From the IMG/VR virus record IMGVR_UViG_3300036778_000070, positions 1 through 43,978 of that record: DNA of 43,978 bases. The stretch is one strand, 5' to 3'. Below are positions 23,945-33,570 of this stretch, in pieces (position 1 is the first letter of the stretch; every line of letters begins with the position of its first letter). Source of the DNA: a virus (taxonomy: Duplodnaviria; Caudoviricetes). A program made the position numbers and the translations under genes. Below the pieces are notes generated by a model. That model worked only from the letters and a program-made list of their open reading frames with translations, made no database searches and was not told the DNA's origin.

Positions 23945-26329
23945 ATGCGATTCCAGGCAGGGCAACCAGAGATACCGCTTGTTCCCGCTCGAGGCGGGAC
24001 GCTTGTTGAGCCAGAAGTTACGGTTTCCACGCTGCTTGATGCTGCGTTTGGTACTACTCCCGGCGTATTCCTCACGAGAACAACGACCGGATGGAACGCT
24101 TCCGCTGTAGGCTCGGGCACTGGCTCAGTAACATCGATCACCACTGGAACCGGTTTGGCTGGTGGACCTATTACGGTTAGTGGCACCATCTCGATCTCAC
24201 CGGGTGGCATCGGCACGACGCAGCTATCCTCATCAGCGGTAACCTATGCCAAGATTCAAAACGTGTCGGCTAGCAGCTTGCTAGGCAACCCCACGGGCGG
24301 CGGTAGCGCACCACAAGAAATCACGCTTGGTGCTGGGTTGTCGTTCAGTGGCTCAACGCTCGTATCGGTTGGCGGCGGCGGCACGATCACCTCGCTAGCC
24401 GCTGGCACTGGCTTGTCTGGCGGAACGATCACCACGTCCGGCACAATTGCGATCGCCGCGGGCGGAGTGGGGACGACTCAGCTTGCGAACTCTGGTGTCA
24501 CTTATGCCAAGCTCCAAAACGTCTCTGCGGCGGCTCTGTTGGGCAGCCCAACGGGTGGAGCGGCACCAGTAGAAATTACTATTGGTACCGGCCTCTCATT
24601 CTCGGGCTCAACGCTTGTATCCACCAGCAGTGGCGGCACAGTCACCTCGCTCACCACCGGTACCGGCTTAACGGGCGGTCCGATCACCTCAACGGGCACG
24701 ATCGCGATTGCAGCGGGCGGAATAGGCGCGACGCAGCTTGCCACCAGCGCGGTGCAGTACGGCAACATCCAAAACGTCAACGCATCTAGGATTCTGGGCA
24801 ACCCAGGCGTAACGTCTGCCGCGCCATCCGAGATCACGCTAGGTGCCGGCCTATCGTTCAGCGGCAGTGCGTTGACGGCAACCGGCACTGTTGCTTCGGT
24901 GACTGCCGGCACCGGCTTATCTGGAGGGACGATCACGACCAGCGGCACGGTCGCAATTGCCGCGGGAGGCGTGGGAACAACGCAGCTCGCAGCCAGTGCG
25001 GTTCAGTACGCCAATATCCAGAATGTGAGCGCTTCCAAACTTCTTGGCAATCCAACCGGCTCGGGGGCTTCACCCTCTGAAATCACGATTGGCACCGGGC
25101 TATCATTCTCTGGCTCGACGCTAAACGCAACCAGCGGCGGCGGCACCGTGACCTCTCTGTCGGCTGGCACTGGCTTGACTGGTGGCACCATCACCACCTC
25201 GGGCACTGTCGCACTGGCGGCAACTGGCCTGACGATTACTCAGTCTGCCGGGTCGGTGAGCACAGCAACCCAATCGGCAGGGACAGCTACGGTAGATTGG
25301 AGCCTGTCGAACAACTGGCAAGTGACGCTCAACGCCAACCTGACGATCGCGTTCAGCAATGTGCCATCCAGCCAGAGCCAGAAGCTCAAACTTAAGCTAA
25401 TCCAGGCAGCGTCAGGCGGCCCGTTCACGATCGCCGCGTTTCCATCGGGAACCACATGGGTAGGCTCGTCAGGCCCTCCGGGGATGCCAGCTACTGCGTC
25501 AAGCTATATGACGGTCGTGTTTGAATCGACGTCCTCCACCACCTGGGACGCGTACTTCCTCGGTGTCAATGGCGTGAGCAGTGGCGGTGGAACTGCGGTC
25601 ACCGAGACTTCCGAAACCGCAAGCTTCTCGGCGGCTGCCGGGAATCTCTACGCAATCTCGGGCTCATCGGCGGTAACCGCAACCCTGCCAACGGCTGTCG
25701 GCATCACTGGCCAGACCATCCGCCTGCGATGCGCTAACGGTTATACGGGGCTTCTGACGATCGCCACAACCTCGAGCCAGACACTAGGCCCAAGTGGGGC
25801 CACAAGCCAGATCCTCTATGCGGGCGAGTCGGCGCTAGTGCAATCCGATGGCTCGAACTGGGTGCGCACGGGGGGCACGATCATTCCGGCCTCGTGCACT
25901 ATTACGCCCGCAGGCACGCAGTCCATCCCGGATCTAACTAGTACTAAAGTTGCATTTGATACGCTCGCTTACGACAACACCGGCCAGATGGCGGTTACTG
26001 CGTCGAACGAAATCCAGATTCTTCGGCCGGGCCGTTACGCTATTTCTGCGTCGGCATATTTTGATTCGCTGTCAGCACAAGAATACTCAATACTGGCTGA
26101 CGTCTTCACGAACGGCAGCCCAAACGGGCTTACGTTTCGCACCTTGATTCCGATAGCAACCGGATCGCTGCCCACGAACGTTATTCTAGTTCCGCAAGGT
26201 TCTATTACCTGTGCGGCTGGCGATGTCATAACCCTGAATATCAGTCAGGTTAACACGGCAGCTAGCGCGGAAACGCTTTTCCAAGGGCCGTACACGTTTC
26301 TGACCGTCACAGAAATCCCACGGTGGTGA
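23945..26329 (+). CDS. Fibre-like structural protein with tandem repeats and a C1q/BclA-like C-terminal domain
   Basis: Gly/Thr/Ser-rich with ~85-aa repeats; C-terminus KVAFDTLAYDN...ILRPGRYAISASAYF. Confidence 0.75.
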   Translation: MRFQAGQPEIPLVPARGGTLVEPEVTVSTLLDAAFGTTPGVFLTRTTTGWNASAVGSGTGSVTSITTGTGLAGGPITVSGTISISPGGIGTTQLSSSAVTYAKIQNVSASSLLGNPTGGGSAPQEITLGAGLSFSGSTLVSVGGGGTITSLAAGTGLSGGTITTSGTIAIAAGGVGTTQLANSGVTYAKLQNVSAAALLGSPTGGAAPVEITIGTGLSFSGSTLVSTSSGGTVTSLTTGTGLTGGPITSTGTIAIAAGGIGATQLATSAVQYGNIQNVNASRILGNPGVTSAAPSEITLGAGLSFSGSALTATGTVASVTAGTGLSGGTITTSGTVAIAAGGVGTTQLAASAVQYANIQNVSASKLLGNPTGSGASPSEITIGTGLSFSGSTLNATSGGGTVTSLSAGTGLTGGTITTSGTVALAATGLTITQSAGSVSTATQSAGTATVDWSLSNNWQVTLNANLTIAFSNVPSSQSQKLKLKLIQAASGGPFTIAAFPSGTTWVGSSGPPGMPATASSYMTVVFESTSSTTWDAYFLGVNGVSSGGGTAVTETSETASFSAAAGNLYAISGSSAVTATLPTAVGITGQTIRLRCANGYTGLLTIATTSSQTLGPSGATSQILYAGESALVQSDGSNWVRTGGTIIPASCTITPAGTQSIPDLTSTKVAFDTLAYDNTGQMAVTASNEIQILRPGRYAISASAYFDSLSAQEYSILADVFTNGSPNGLTFRTLIPIATGSLPTNVILVPQGSITCAAGDVITLNISQVNTAASAETLFQGPYTFLTVTEIPRW
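24115..25220 (+). repeat. Four-plus degenerate ~255-nt coding repeats
   Basis: Unit G.VTS...GTGL.GG.IT.SGT...GG.GTTQLA...YA.IQNVSA..LLG.P....EIT.G.GLSFSGS; boundaries approximate. Confidence 0.85.
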
Positions 26330-26339
26330 CATACTTCTA

Positions 26340-29300
26340 ATGGCATTCTCATTAGTACAGGTCGCGCATGGCACGACCAACGGCATTCAGGCGGGCAGTT
26401 TCAGCGCCACGTTTGGCAGTGCGGTTACTGCCGGTAATCTACTTGTCGTAATTCCAAACACATATAATGGCGCCAACATTGTTGTCAATCCAGTAATCAC
26501 CGACAACGCAAGCGGGGGCAGCAACAGCTACGTAGGGTCTAATTCCAATTCGACCACCCAGGCATTCCCTGGCAGTAGCAACGTAATGACCACAAATTTG
26601 TGGTTTGCTATTGCTGGGTCTGGCGGGGCAACCGTAGTTACTGGCGAATTTAACCCTGAGCTTGGCGGGGCGTTCGGAACAATTACGGTATTCGAGATAT
26701 CAGGCGCCGGCAGCACGTTCAGCCTGTCGACGCCTACCGCAATTGGAGCGGCAGGCACAGGCGGCACTGCGGCACCTGGGAGCATTCCGGTTGTCGGCTC
26801 GTGCATGGCATTCTCGGTTGTTAATCAGATCAACGTTACGTCCGGCTCATGGACGCCAGGCGCCGGTTATACGACAGCCGTTGACCTGCCTTTCGTGGGA
26901 AGCCCTCTCCAGCTCGGCACCAACGTAAGCTATTTATTCAACACCACGACCACGCCCACTGTACCAACAGCAACTATCTCGGGGCTTGGTGTCTGGACGG
27001 CAGCCGGATTTGTGCTCACCACGTTGGCGCCGATCGTTGTCGGTCCAGCAATCACCAAGTCCGGCACGATAGCCTTGTTCGTGGCGGCATCTCAGTCTGG
27101 TCTGTCCAACAACAACTGGCCGCTGGCTCAAATCACGGCAGTCAACGCCAATCCCACCTTTAAGGTTAACGGCTCCACAGCATCATTTGGCCCTCCGGTC
27201 TGGCATGACTCGGCACACGATATCTCTCAGGTGGCTTACCGGGTTCAGTGTGGCCATGTGGATTCGATCCCCATGTCCTCGGGCGGCCACGGCTATACGG
27301 CTCCCACTGCCGTCTGGAACAACGACGGCGGCGGCTCTGGGCATACCGTAGGCACGCCAGCGCTTGCAACCGGGGTGACCTCGTACACGATCACCGCGCC
27401 GGGCAGCGGGCTCGACAATGGAAGTTTTTACTGGAATCCCGGTGGCACTCGTACAGGATTCGAGGCGATAGCATGGGTCACTGTCGCGGGTAACGTGGTA
27501 ACGGCTATCGTCCCCCTGTCTGGCTCGCCGATCTCTTACGGCGCGGGCTACAGCGGTTCATTTACTTCGTCATACGGCAACTCGACGATTGAATGCAATG
27601 TCTCAAACTACATCAGCGGAATCCCGCCCACGAATCCCGGCACCGGCTTTACCTCTCGGCCAACCTACACGATCACGGATTCGACCGGCTCGGGCGCGGT
27701 GGCGGCTCCCCAGATGGCGCTTTCTGCCAGCGACGTTGTGACCTATTCTGTCGCCAACAATTGGCTCTCGACAACCCTTGGCAGTTCTGGTCCAGCGACC
27801 GATGAGATAATCCCTAATTTCGTCGGTGTGCTCGAAGGGCCAACAGGGCATGTCTCAGGATTCCGCGACACACCCACAACGCTATTCGGCGGCGAATACA
27901 CGGGCCAATCGAATCAGTCGTCATTCGAGTGTTGGGCCAAGAACAAGATGTTTACATCGCTGCCGTTTGGTGGCAGCTCGGTAATCCTCGATAGCAATTA
28001 TTTCCCGGTCTCGTGGACACCAGGCGGGACGATCACCTGTCAGTTTGGTGGCTCCGCGCAGGGCGTGCAGGCGTTTCCATATGGGATTTACACTGTCGTA
28101 TACGATGATCCGGGAACAGACACCACGAGCGTCACGCTCAACACTCCGGATTTCACGTTCCAAACTCAGACTCAGGTCGGCACCACGATCACGCAAACTT
28201 GGCGCTGGAACCCGAACGTTTTTGCGGCCGGCAGATTAAGCATCACGTCATCGTCGGGAACGATGAAGATTTCGATGCCGTGGATATTTGCGCCCGGCAA
28301 TACGATTGACCGATCGAACAAGTTTGCGGTTGATGATGCCTTGGTGGCCAATTTCACCAATTCGGCTGGAACTGGTCCGAGCCATTTCCGATTCATGACG
28401 CAGATCGGCGGAACCGGCTTCAATTCGATGGTGGATGTGAGTGACTTGACCCAGCTAGACAACCTGTTTGCCGGCAACAACATTCCCTACAATGCGTCGT
28501 CTCTCACGTTGACCACTTTAGTTGCGGCTCGATTCCTCAACACAAATCCGGCCAAATCCTCGACGGGCGATAATACCTATCCATGGCCAGCATCGACACG
28601 GCTATATAGTAATGCACCGTGGGCAGTGTCCGGCACTGACAGCTTCGGCCACTACCTCGACATGACTGCCGGCCCATTTGGGGCCAGCGATAACGGGAAT
28701 ATTTTCGGTTTGGGTGGTGCAACCCAGGGTGACCACGGGGTTGTTGAGTTTCGTACGTCATCCCCGCACGGACTCAAGACGGGTCAGATTGTCGCTCTGT
28801 TTACTCAAACCTCAAAGACTCTGCCGTGGGTGTCCGGTGGAAATGTGCCTATACCTAATGGGGCCACGGTCAACCCTTTTGTCACTGGCGCGAACACGTT
28901 TTGCGTGTTGATCGGCACCAATGGCACAACAACCCTTGTGGACAAAATCAACTCCACTGCCGAAATAGCACTGTCTACGTCGCCGCTGGACGCATACCTG
29001 TCTGGAACGAACGTCCCCAACACGCCGAATTGGACCCCTTACGAACTGCAAGCCGAGATAGTCAAGAGGTTTCCCGGCTCTAACTTGTGGCTCACAGTTA
29101 CCCCAACGATGAGCCATGCTCTCGTTACCGAGATCGCCAACCGTGTTGCGGCTCGCCTGGGCCCTACGAACGGCATTATTTTCGAGCTGGGTGACGAACA
29201 CTGGAATACGGCGTTCCCATACATCCAGAATGTTTTATATCTGCGACAACTCACCAACTTTGTTCAGTATGCACCATCAGGACAGCCATTCCTCACTTAC

Positions 29301-30221
29301 GGCACTGGCGGTCAAACTTGGTTCTTGAATAGCGGTGTCGCGGATATCGCTAACTCGGTCTTATCTGCCGATTATTTTAATGTGTTTAAGACCGCATGGG
29401 TTGCCGCTGGCCGCAGCCCATCTCTGCTCATTCCAACTTACGGCGCCTGGTGGACCAATGCGTCTGTCGCACAATCGGTAGCCGCTGCGGTCGTGAATTT
29501 CGGGCTACCCCAGACTAACGCGATCGTAACCGGCGCGCCTTACGTTACGCCCACGTTGGCGCAGCCCAGCAAAATCACGGCCTATACCGACGCTGGCAAT
29601 GCTGCCGTTAGTTCGCCTGGCAACTGGCCGTGCGATGCCATCAACGATTTTGAGCGCCACGCGATGTTCTACAATTTCAACTTTTGGGGTGAGTGGGCCC
29701 TCGAATCAGCACAGCTCGCGGGCACTTCGCTCCGGATGGGCTGTTACGAAGGCGGCGTTACTCAAATCCTCGACGTAAATCAGGGCGGCCCAACCCTTAC
29801 CGGTCTTGGCGGTGTTATATCGGTATCTTCTCTGGTCCAGGAAGACTGCATGAACAGTCCTTCATGGGCGGATTTCGTCTACGCCTGGGGGCTCCTGGTC
29901 CAGCGCGGTTACCCGTTGGTTGCCCACAGCGGAGCACCTCGTGCGAGTTGGCTGAACCTTTGGGGCGGCGGTCAAATCGGTGGCGTAAATGATTGGTACA
30001 TTGCTCAGTCGCCAGTGATGCCACATGGGCTCAGTGCGCCGAACTCGTTCATGACCCCGCAAGGCGGATTCCTCGGGTCGTCCGTGGGGACGGGCATCTT
30101 CGGCTATTCGCAGGTAAACAAGGCGCCGGGCTTCCAGGGATTACTCACGTTTAACGCGGCGGCATCAACTCCAGCGCAGCCCGCAACGGCAGCACCGGCA
30201 GCCATAATGATATTGTTCTAA
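26340..30221 (+). CDS. Large virion protein with a putative glycoside-hydrolase-like domain
   Basis: 1293 aa, beta-rich; FRFM, LWLTV...IIFELGDEHWN and CYEGG motifs resemble clan GH-A-like enzymes. Confidence 0.6.
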   Translation: MAFSLVQVAHGTTNGIQAGSFSATFGSAVTAGNLLVVIPNTYNGANIVVNPVITDNASGGSNSYVGSNSNSTTQAFPGSSNVMTTNLWFAIAGSGGATVVTGEFNPELGGAFGTITVFEISGAGSTFSLSTPTAIGAAGTGGTAAPGSIPVVGSCMAFSVVNQINVTSGSWTPGAGYTTAVDLPFVGSPLQLGTNVSYLFNTTTTPTVPTATISGLGVWTAAGFVLTTLAPIVVGPAITKSGTIALFVAASQSGLSNNNWPLAQITAVNANPTFKVNGSTASFGPPVWHDSAHDISQVAYRVQCGHVDSIPMSSGGHGYTAPTAVWNNDGGGSGHTVGTPALATGVTSYTITAPGSGLDNGSFYWNPGGTRTGFEAIAWVTVAGNVVTAIVPLSGSPISYGAGYSGSFTSSYGNSTIECNVSNYISGIPPTNPGTGFTSRPTYTITDSTGSGAVAAPQMALSASDVVTYSVANNWLSTTLGSSGPATDEIIPNFVGVLEGPTGHVSGFRDTPTTLFGGEYTGQSNQSSFECWAKNKMFTSLPFGGSSVILDSNYFPVSWTPGGTITCQFGGSAQGVQAFPYGIYTVVYDDPGTDTTSVTLNTPDFTFQTQTQVGTTITQTWRWNPNVFAAGRLSITSSSGTMKISMPWIFAPGNTIDRSNKFAVDDALVANFTNSAGTGPSHFRFMTQIGGTGFNSMVDVSDLTQLDNLFAGNNIPYNASSLTLTTLVAARFLNTNPAKSSTGDNTYPWPASTRLYSNAPWAVSGTDSFGHYLDMTAGPFGASDNGNIFGLGGATQGDHGVVEFRTSSPHGLKTGQIVALFTQTSKTLPWVSGGNVPIPNGATVNPFVTGANTFCVLIGTNGTTTLVDKINSTAEIALSTSPLDAYLSGTNVPNTPNWTPYELQAEIVKRFPGSNLWLTVTPTMSHALVTEIANRVAARLGPTNGIIFELGDEHWNTAFPYIQNVLYLRQLTNFVQYAPSGQPFLTYGTGGQTWFLNSGVADIANSVLSADYFNVFKTAWVAAGRSPSLLIPTYGAWWTNASVAQSVAAAVVNFGLPQTNAIVTGAPYVTPTLAQPSKITAYTDAGNAAVSSPGNWPCDAINDFERHAMFYNFNFWGEWALESAQLAGTSLRMGCYEGGVTQILDVNQGGPTLTGLGGVISVSSLVQEDCMNSPSWADFVYAWGLLVQRGYPLVAHSGAPRASWLNLWGGGQIGGVNDWYIAQSPVMPHGLSAPNSFMTPQGGFLGSSVGTGIFGYSQVNKAPGFQGLLTFNAAASTPAQPATAAPAAIMILF

Positions 30222-30223
30222 TC

Positions 30224-31183
30224 ATGGCACCAGACCTTATTACCCTCGATTACTGCACGGCTCAGCTCAGCGTTTTGAATCTTTCGAGCGCTCAGCTAGC
30301 TCTGCTCCCCACGCTCATCACGGCGGCCTCCCAGGCTGTCCGGCTCGAGTGCGGCAACCGCTATTTTGATCTGCGGACCCTGACCGAATGGCACGAGGTC
30401 TATCAAGATGGCTATTGCCGATTGTGGCAGGAACCCATCCAGATAGTTACGCGGGTTCAGGGCAACCCGCTCCAGCAGGCGTTGACGATTAGCAATACGG
30501 CCGGCTCAGTCCAGACAGCTCAGGTCTACTTTATCTACACGGGATTTGATGGCGGCTATAACACTGACGCCAAAACGGCTACCGGAATTTACCTCAACTG
30601 GGTTAGTAACGGAGCAGCCAGTAATGCGACTTTTCTTTACGCCACCTATCCGACCCTCACTCAAATCGCGACGGCCATCAATGCCGCCGGCTCAGGCTGG
30701 TCAGCCCGAGTTACTTCGGGTTTCGGCTCGTGGCTGTGCTCGGAGCTTACAGGCGGATTTGTGGCCCAGGGGTGTGGGATCACTTCATCCCAAAACGGTG
30801 GTGCTCAGTTCAACGTGTTGACTGATCTGTCTATCCCTAAACTCCGCCCACGCAGCCCAATGCTCTGGGTGGGCAATCAATACGGTGGCAACCAGTTTGC
30901 CCAGCAATGGGGGCCAGGCGGTTATGAGATGTTCGCGAATGACCAGATGGACCTTGGTTTGGTCCGCGTGACATATGTTGCCGGCTTTTCGACGATACCG
31001 CCTGACGTGCAATTCCAGACGGCTCAGCTCGTGAAATGGCGGCTTGAGCTTGGCATTCAAGATTTGCTGCTCAAGTCTGAAAACGCTGACGATTACAACT
31101 ACACTTTGGCAGAACAACTCGTACATAAGATGCCGTCCCCAATCCGCGAAGCGCTGGGCCAGTTCAAATTCCACTATGCGTAG
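30224..31183 (+). CDS. Head-tail connector (adaptor) with an inserted domain
   Basis: DLITLD...LITAASQAVRLECGNRYF start and VRVTYVAGFSTIPPDV near the C-terminus. Confidence 0.8.
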   Translation: MAPDLITLDYCTAQLSVLNLSSAQLALLPTLITAASQAVRLECGNRYFDLRTLTEWHEVYQDGYCRLWQEPIQIVTRVQGNPLQQALTISNTAGSVQTAQVYFIYTGFDGGYNTDAKTATGIYLNWVSNGAASNATFLYATYPTLTQIATAINAAGSGWSARVTSGFGSWLCSELTGGFVAQGCGITSSQNGGAQFNVLTDLSIPKLRPRSPMLWVGNQYGGNQFAQQWGPGGYEMFANDQMDLGLVRVTYVAGFSTIPPDVQFQTAQLVKWRLELGIQDLLLKSENADDYNYTLAEQLVHKMPSPIREALGQFKFHYA

Positions 31184-31526
31184 CCCGTCCGCCAAGGTCT
31201 TGAAAAACACATGCAACATCTTCGTTGCCGCGGCTGGCCGTGATGCTGAGGGCGGCGTGCAGTTTCCGTATCCGCCTACGCCAGCGTTTGCCAATGTCTC
31301 ATGCTCGATTCAGCCGAAGGCCACCGAGGTCTTTGATGAGCAGAAGCGCATCACGCAACTCACGGTTTATCACATCATCTTCGGCCAGGTCTACCCGCTC
31401 AATCCAAGAGACATGATTCAGTATACGGATGCTTCGGGTGTGTTGCGGACCATTTTCGTTGAGTCAATCGAAGACCAAGCCGGACGCGGCGCAGCGTTCA
31501 GGGTCTATGCTCAGGAGCGGCTGTAA
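31176..31526 (+). CDS. Head closure protein
   Basis: Size, synteny and 'CSIQP' / 'DQAGRG' motifs. Confidence 0.7.
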   Translation: MRSPSAKVLKNTCNIFVAAAGRDAEGGVQFPYPPTPAFANVSCSIQPKATEVFDEQKRITQLTVYHIIFGQVYPLNPRDMIQYTDASGVLRTIFVESIEDQAGRGAAFRVYAQERL

Positions 31527-32008
31527 TGGCAGTCGGCTTTGATCTAATCCAGGCTGTCATTGCCCAGCTCGAGGCGAACACGGCGATCCAAGCGTTGTTC
31601 GGCGACACATGGAATCAGGCTGCCCAGACTGGCACATCCAAGTTCTTCGCTGATCTTGTGGATCAGGTGCCATTGCCCTATTGCCAGATTGAAGAGGGTG
31701 GCGAGTCGTATGAATTTATGACAGCCTCTCCACGTGGAACAATCAATTTCACTTCGCCCGGCCAGATGATGTTTAACATTTGGGCCTCAAGTAGAGCGTC
31801 GGCTCGGCTTCTTGGGTTTGCTGTTGCTCAGGCTCTTAACGACGCCCCACTTCAGTGGCCAGCCCAAAACAACACGATGGTGTTCCGGATGTCCAAATCC
31901 TGGTTCATCCCGGTGAACAATCCGTCTGGCCCAGGTGTTCCGATTGTCTTTCACCGCGCTTTCGTCTTTGACTACGAATATTCCGCAAGCCTTCAAATCT
32001 TTTCATAG
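31526..32008 (+). CDS. Tail terminator/completion protein
   Basis: Synteny; 'LPYC.I' and 'FNIWASSRASAR.L...V..AL' pattern. Confidence 0.65.
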   Translation: MAVGFDLIQAVIAQLEANTAIQALFGDTWNQAAQTGTSKFFADLVDQVPLPYCQIEEGGESYEFMTASPRGTINFTSPGQMMFNIWASSRASARLLGFAVAQALNDAPLQWPAQNNTMVFRMSKSWFIPVNNPSGPGVPIVFHRAFVFDYEYSASLQIFS

Positions 32009-32017
32009 GAGTTCAGT

Positions 32018-32545
32018 ATGGCAGCTCAAAATGTCGGCGGAAGTGTGACTGTCAATGTTCAACTCAATCAAACGGATATCGCTGGGCTTGTGGCGCCTAT
32101 TGTGGGCTCGGGCAATGCTCAGCTTGTCAATCAGTTTATAGCCCAAGGAACTGGCGTGGCGAACGGAATTGATTGTCTCTACGCCAAACAGCTCACGCTG
32201 TCGGCGGCAGCCACTCACATCAACCTGAACTCGTTCACGGACATTCTTGGCAACACTGTGGCTGCTGCCCGTGTGCGTCTCTGGTATCTCCAGGTTGTCA
32301 CGCTGACGGCTGGCAGCATCGTCAACGTTTACACGCGAACTGGCACCAACCCGGTTACGTGGCTGCCCATAACGACAAGCGGTGCCCTATGGGCCACTCC
32401 AGGTGGCATCCTTCTCGGGGTTGATCAGAACAGCACAACGACCAACGGGTGGGTGGTCGGCTCTAGCGCAAACGATTTTACGGTTGATCCGGGGGCAAAC
32501 ACTGTTGTCTGCAACTTGATCATCGCTGGCAATACCGCGGCCTAA
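32018..32545 (+). CDS. Structural protein of unknown function
   Basis: AGGAG SD; lies between terminator and tube genes. Confidence 0.6.
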   Translation: MAAQNVGGSVTVNVQLNQTDIAGLVAPIVGSGNAQLVNQFIAQGTGVANGIDCLYAKQLTLSAAATHINLNSFTDILGNTVAAARVRLWYLQVVTLTAGSIVNVYTRTGTNPVTWLPITTSGALWATPGGILLGVDQNSTTTNGWVVGSSANDFTVDPGANTVVCNLIIAGNTAA

Positions 32546-32567
32546 CGGCCCGAAAGGAGGAGGTCTG

Positions 32568-32972
32568 ATGGCCAACAACTTCATTCATGGCAAGCTCTCG
32601 ACGATCAACTTCAACTCCCAGTATTTCGCTGGGATCTCGATAGCGTACAACGAGGACTTGAGCGATCTCACGGACATCACGTACACACAGATATCCGGGG
32701 CAACGTTCGCGATCCTGCTGCCTGGCTACAACAAAGCCACCGGAACATTGACATTCGTCTACGACACGCTTAATCAGCCGACAGTCGCTCCGAATAATCT
32801 GACGCCAGGCACGCTGATCAACAGCTTTATCATCAGTCCGGACGGCACCAAGCTTTACACGCTGACCGTCTACTCAGCCGGCTTGTCGTGGACCGGCGGA
32901 CCAAAGAGCGGGCCCGTCATGGTTACCGTGCCCTGGCAGTCCACTGGTCCATTCACGAGGCCAACCAGCTAA
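32568..32972 (+). CDS. Tail tube protein
   Basis: Strong AAGGAGGAGG SD; 134 aa; 'DITY', 'GTLTFVYD' and terminal 'QSTGP'. Confidence 0.65.
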   Translation: MANNFIHGKLSTINFNSQYFAGISIAYNEDLSDLTDITYTQISGATFAILLPGYNKATGTLTFVYDTLNQPTVAPNNLTPGTLINSFIISPDGTKLYTLTVYSAGLSWTGGPKSGPVMVTVPWQSTGPFTRPTS

Positions 32973-32973
32973 A

Positions 32974-33570
32974 GTGCATATACCTGACGTATTCGGTGCT
33001 GAGCGGCTTTGCTTCTTGGGAGGCAAGCCGTTTTGGATCAAGAAGCTGACGGCTCAAGGATGGGCCACGCTTCTCGCTTGGCTCGACGACCGCCAGCCGG
33101 GCCGGGATGATCCTCGGAAACTTCCCAAGTTCAACAGCGACGAATCTAAGGCCCTTCTATTGGATGGCAGTGGGCAGGCTGTTTTGGCATGGCTGGCACT
33201 GCGCGATCAAGGGCTTGATTACCTCACAGCGTCCAATGTGTGGTTCTCGGCAAGCGAAGCGGAAATAGCGGCGGCAATGACAGCGCTCTTGGGTCGACGT
33301 AAGACCTACGAACCCGACGACGACAACGAGTCTGATATCTCCGACACATGGCTGTCCAAGGGCATGGCACAGATGGCCATGGAGTATGGCCTCGCTGAGC
33401 TTGGTCAACTCAACTTCGATCAGATCGATTGGCTCATGAGTAGCGGTGAGTGTGACTCAGAGTACAGCCGGAAAGAACTAGAGGCGATGCATGCCAGTTT
33501 GCCCGAGCGGATAGCGCTGATCGAGCGATTGAGAGCTGAACAGGAGGCAGCCGAAAATGGAACCACTTAA
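32974..33570 (+). CDS. Tail assembly chaperone
   Basis: Lies between tube and tape-measure genes; 'ELGQLNFDQI' chaperone-like motif. Confidence 0.6.
   Translation: MHIPDVFGAERLCFLGGKPFWIKKLTAQGWATLLAWLDDRQPGRDDPRKLPKFNSDESKALLLDGSGQAVLAWLALRDQGLDYLTASNVWFSASEAEIAAAMTALLGRRKTYEPDDDNESDISDTWLSKGMAQMAMEYGLAELGQLNFDQIDWLMSSGECDSEYSRKELEAMHASLPERIALIERLRAEQEAAENGTT

Noticed and set aside
24115-25220. Possible DGR template/variable repeats or CRISPR array
   Set aside because: Repeats are in-frame protein repeats differing mostly at synonymous sites, not specifically at adenines; no reverse transcriptase or cas gene is present.
32974-33570. Programmed frameshift in the tail chaperone
   Set aside because: A single ORF already spans tube to tape measure, and I saw no convincing slippery heptamer.
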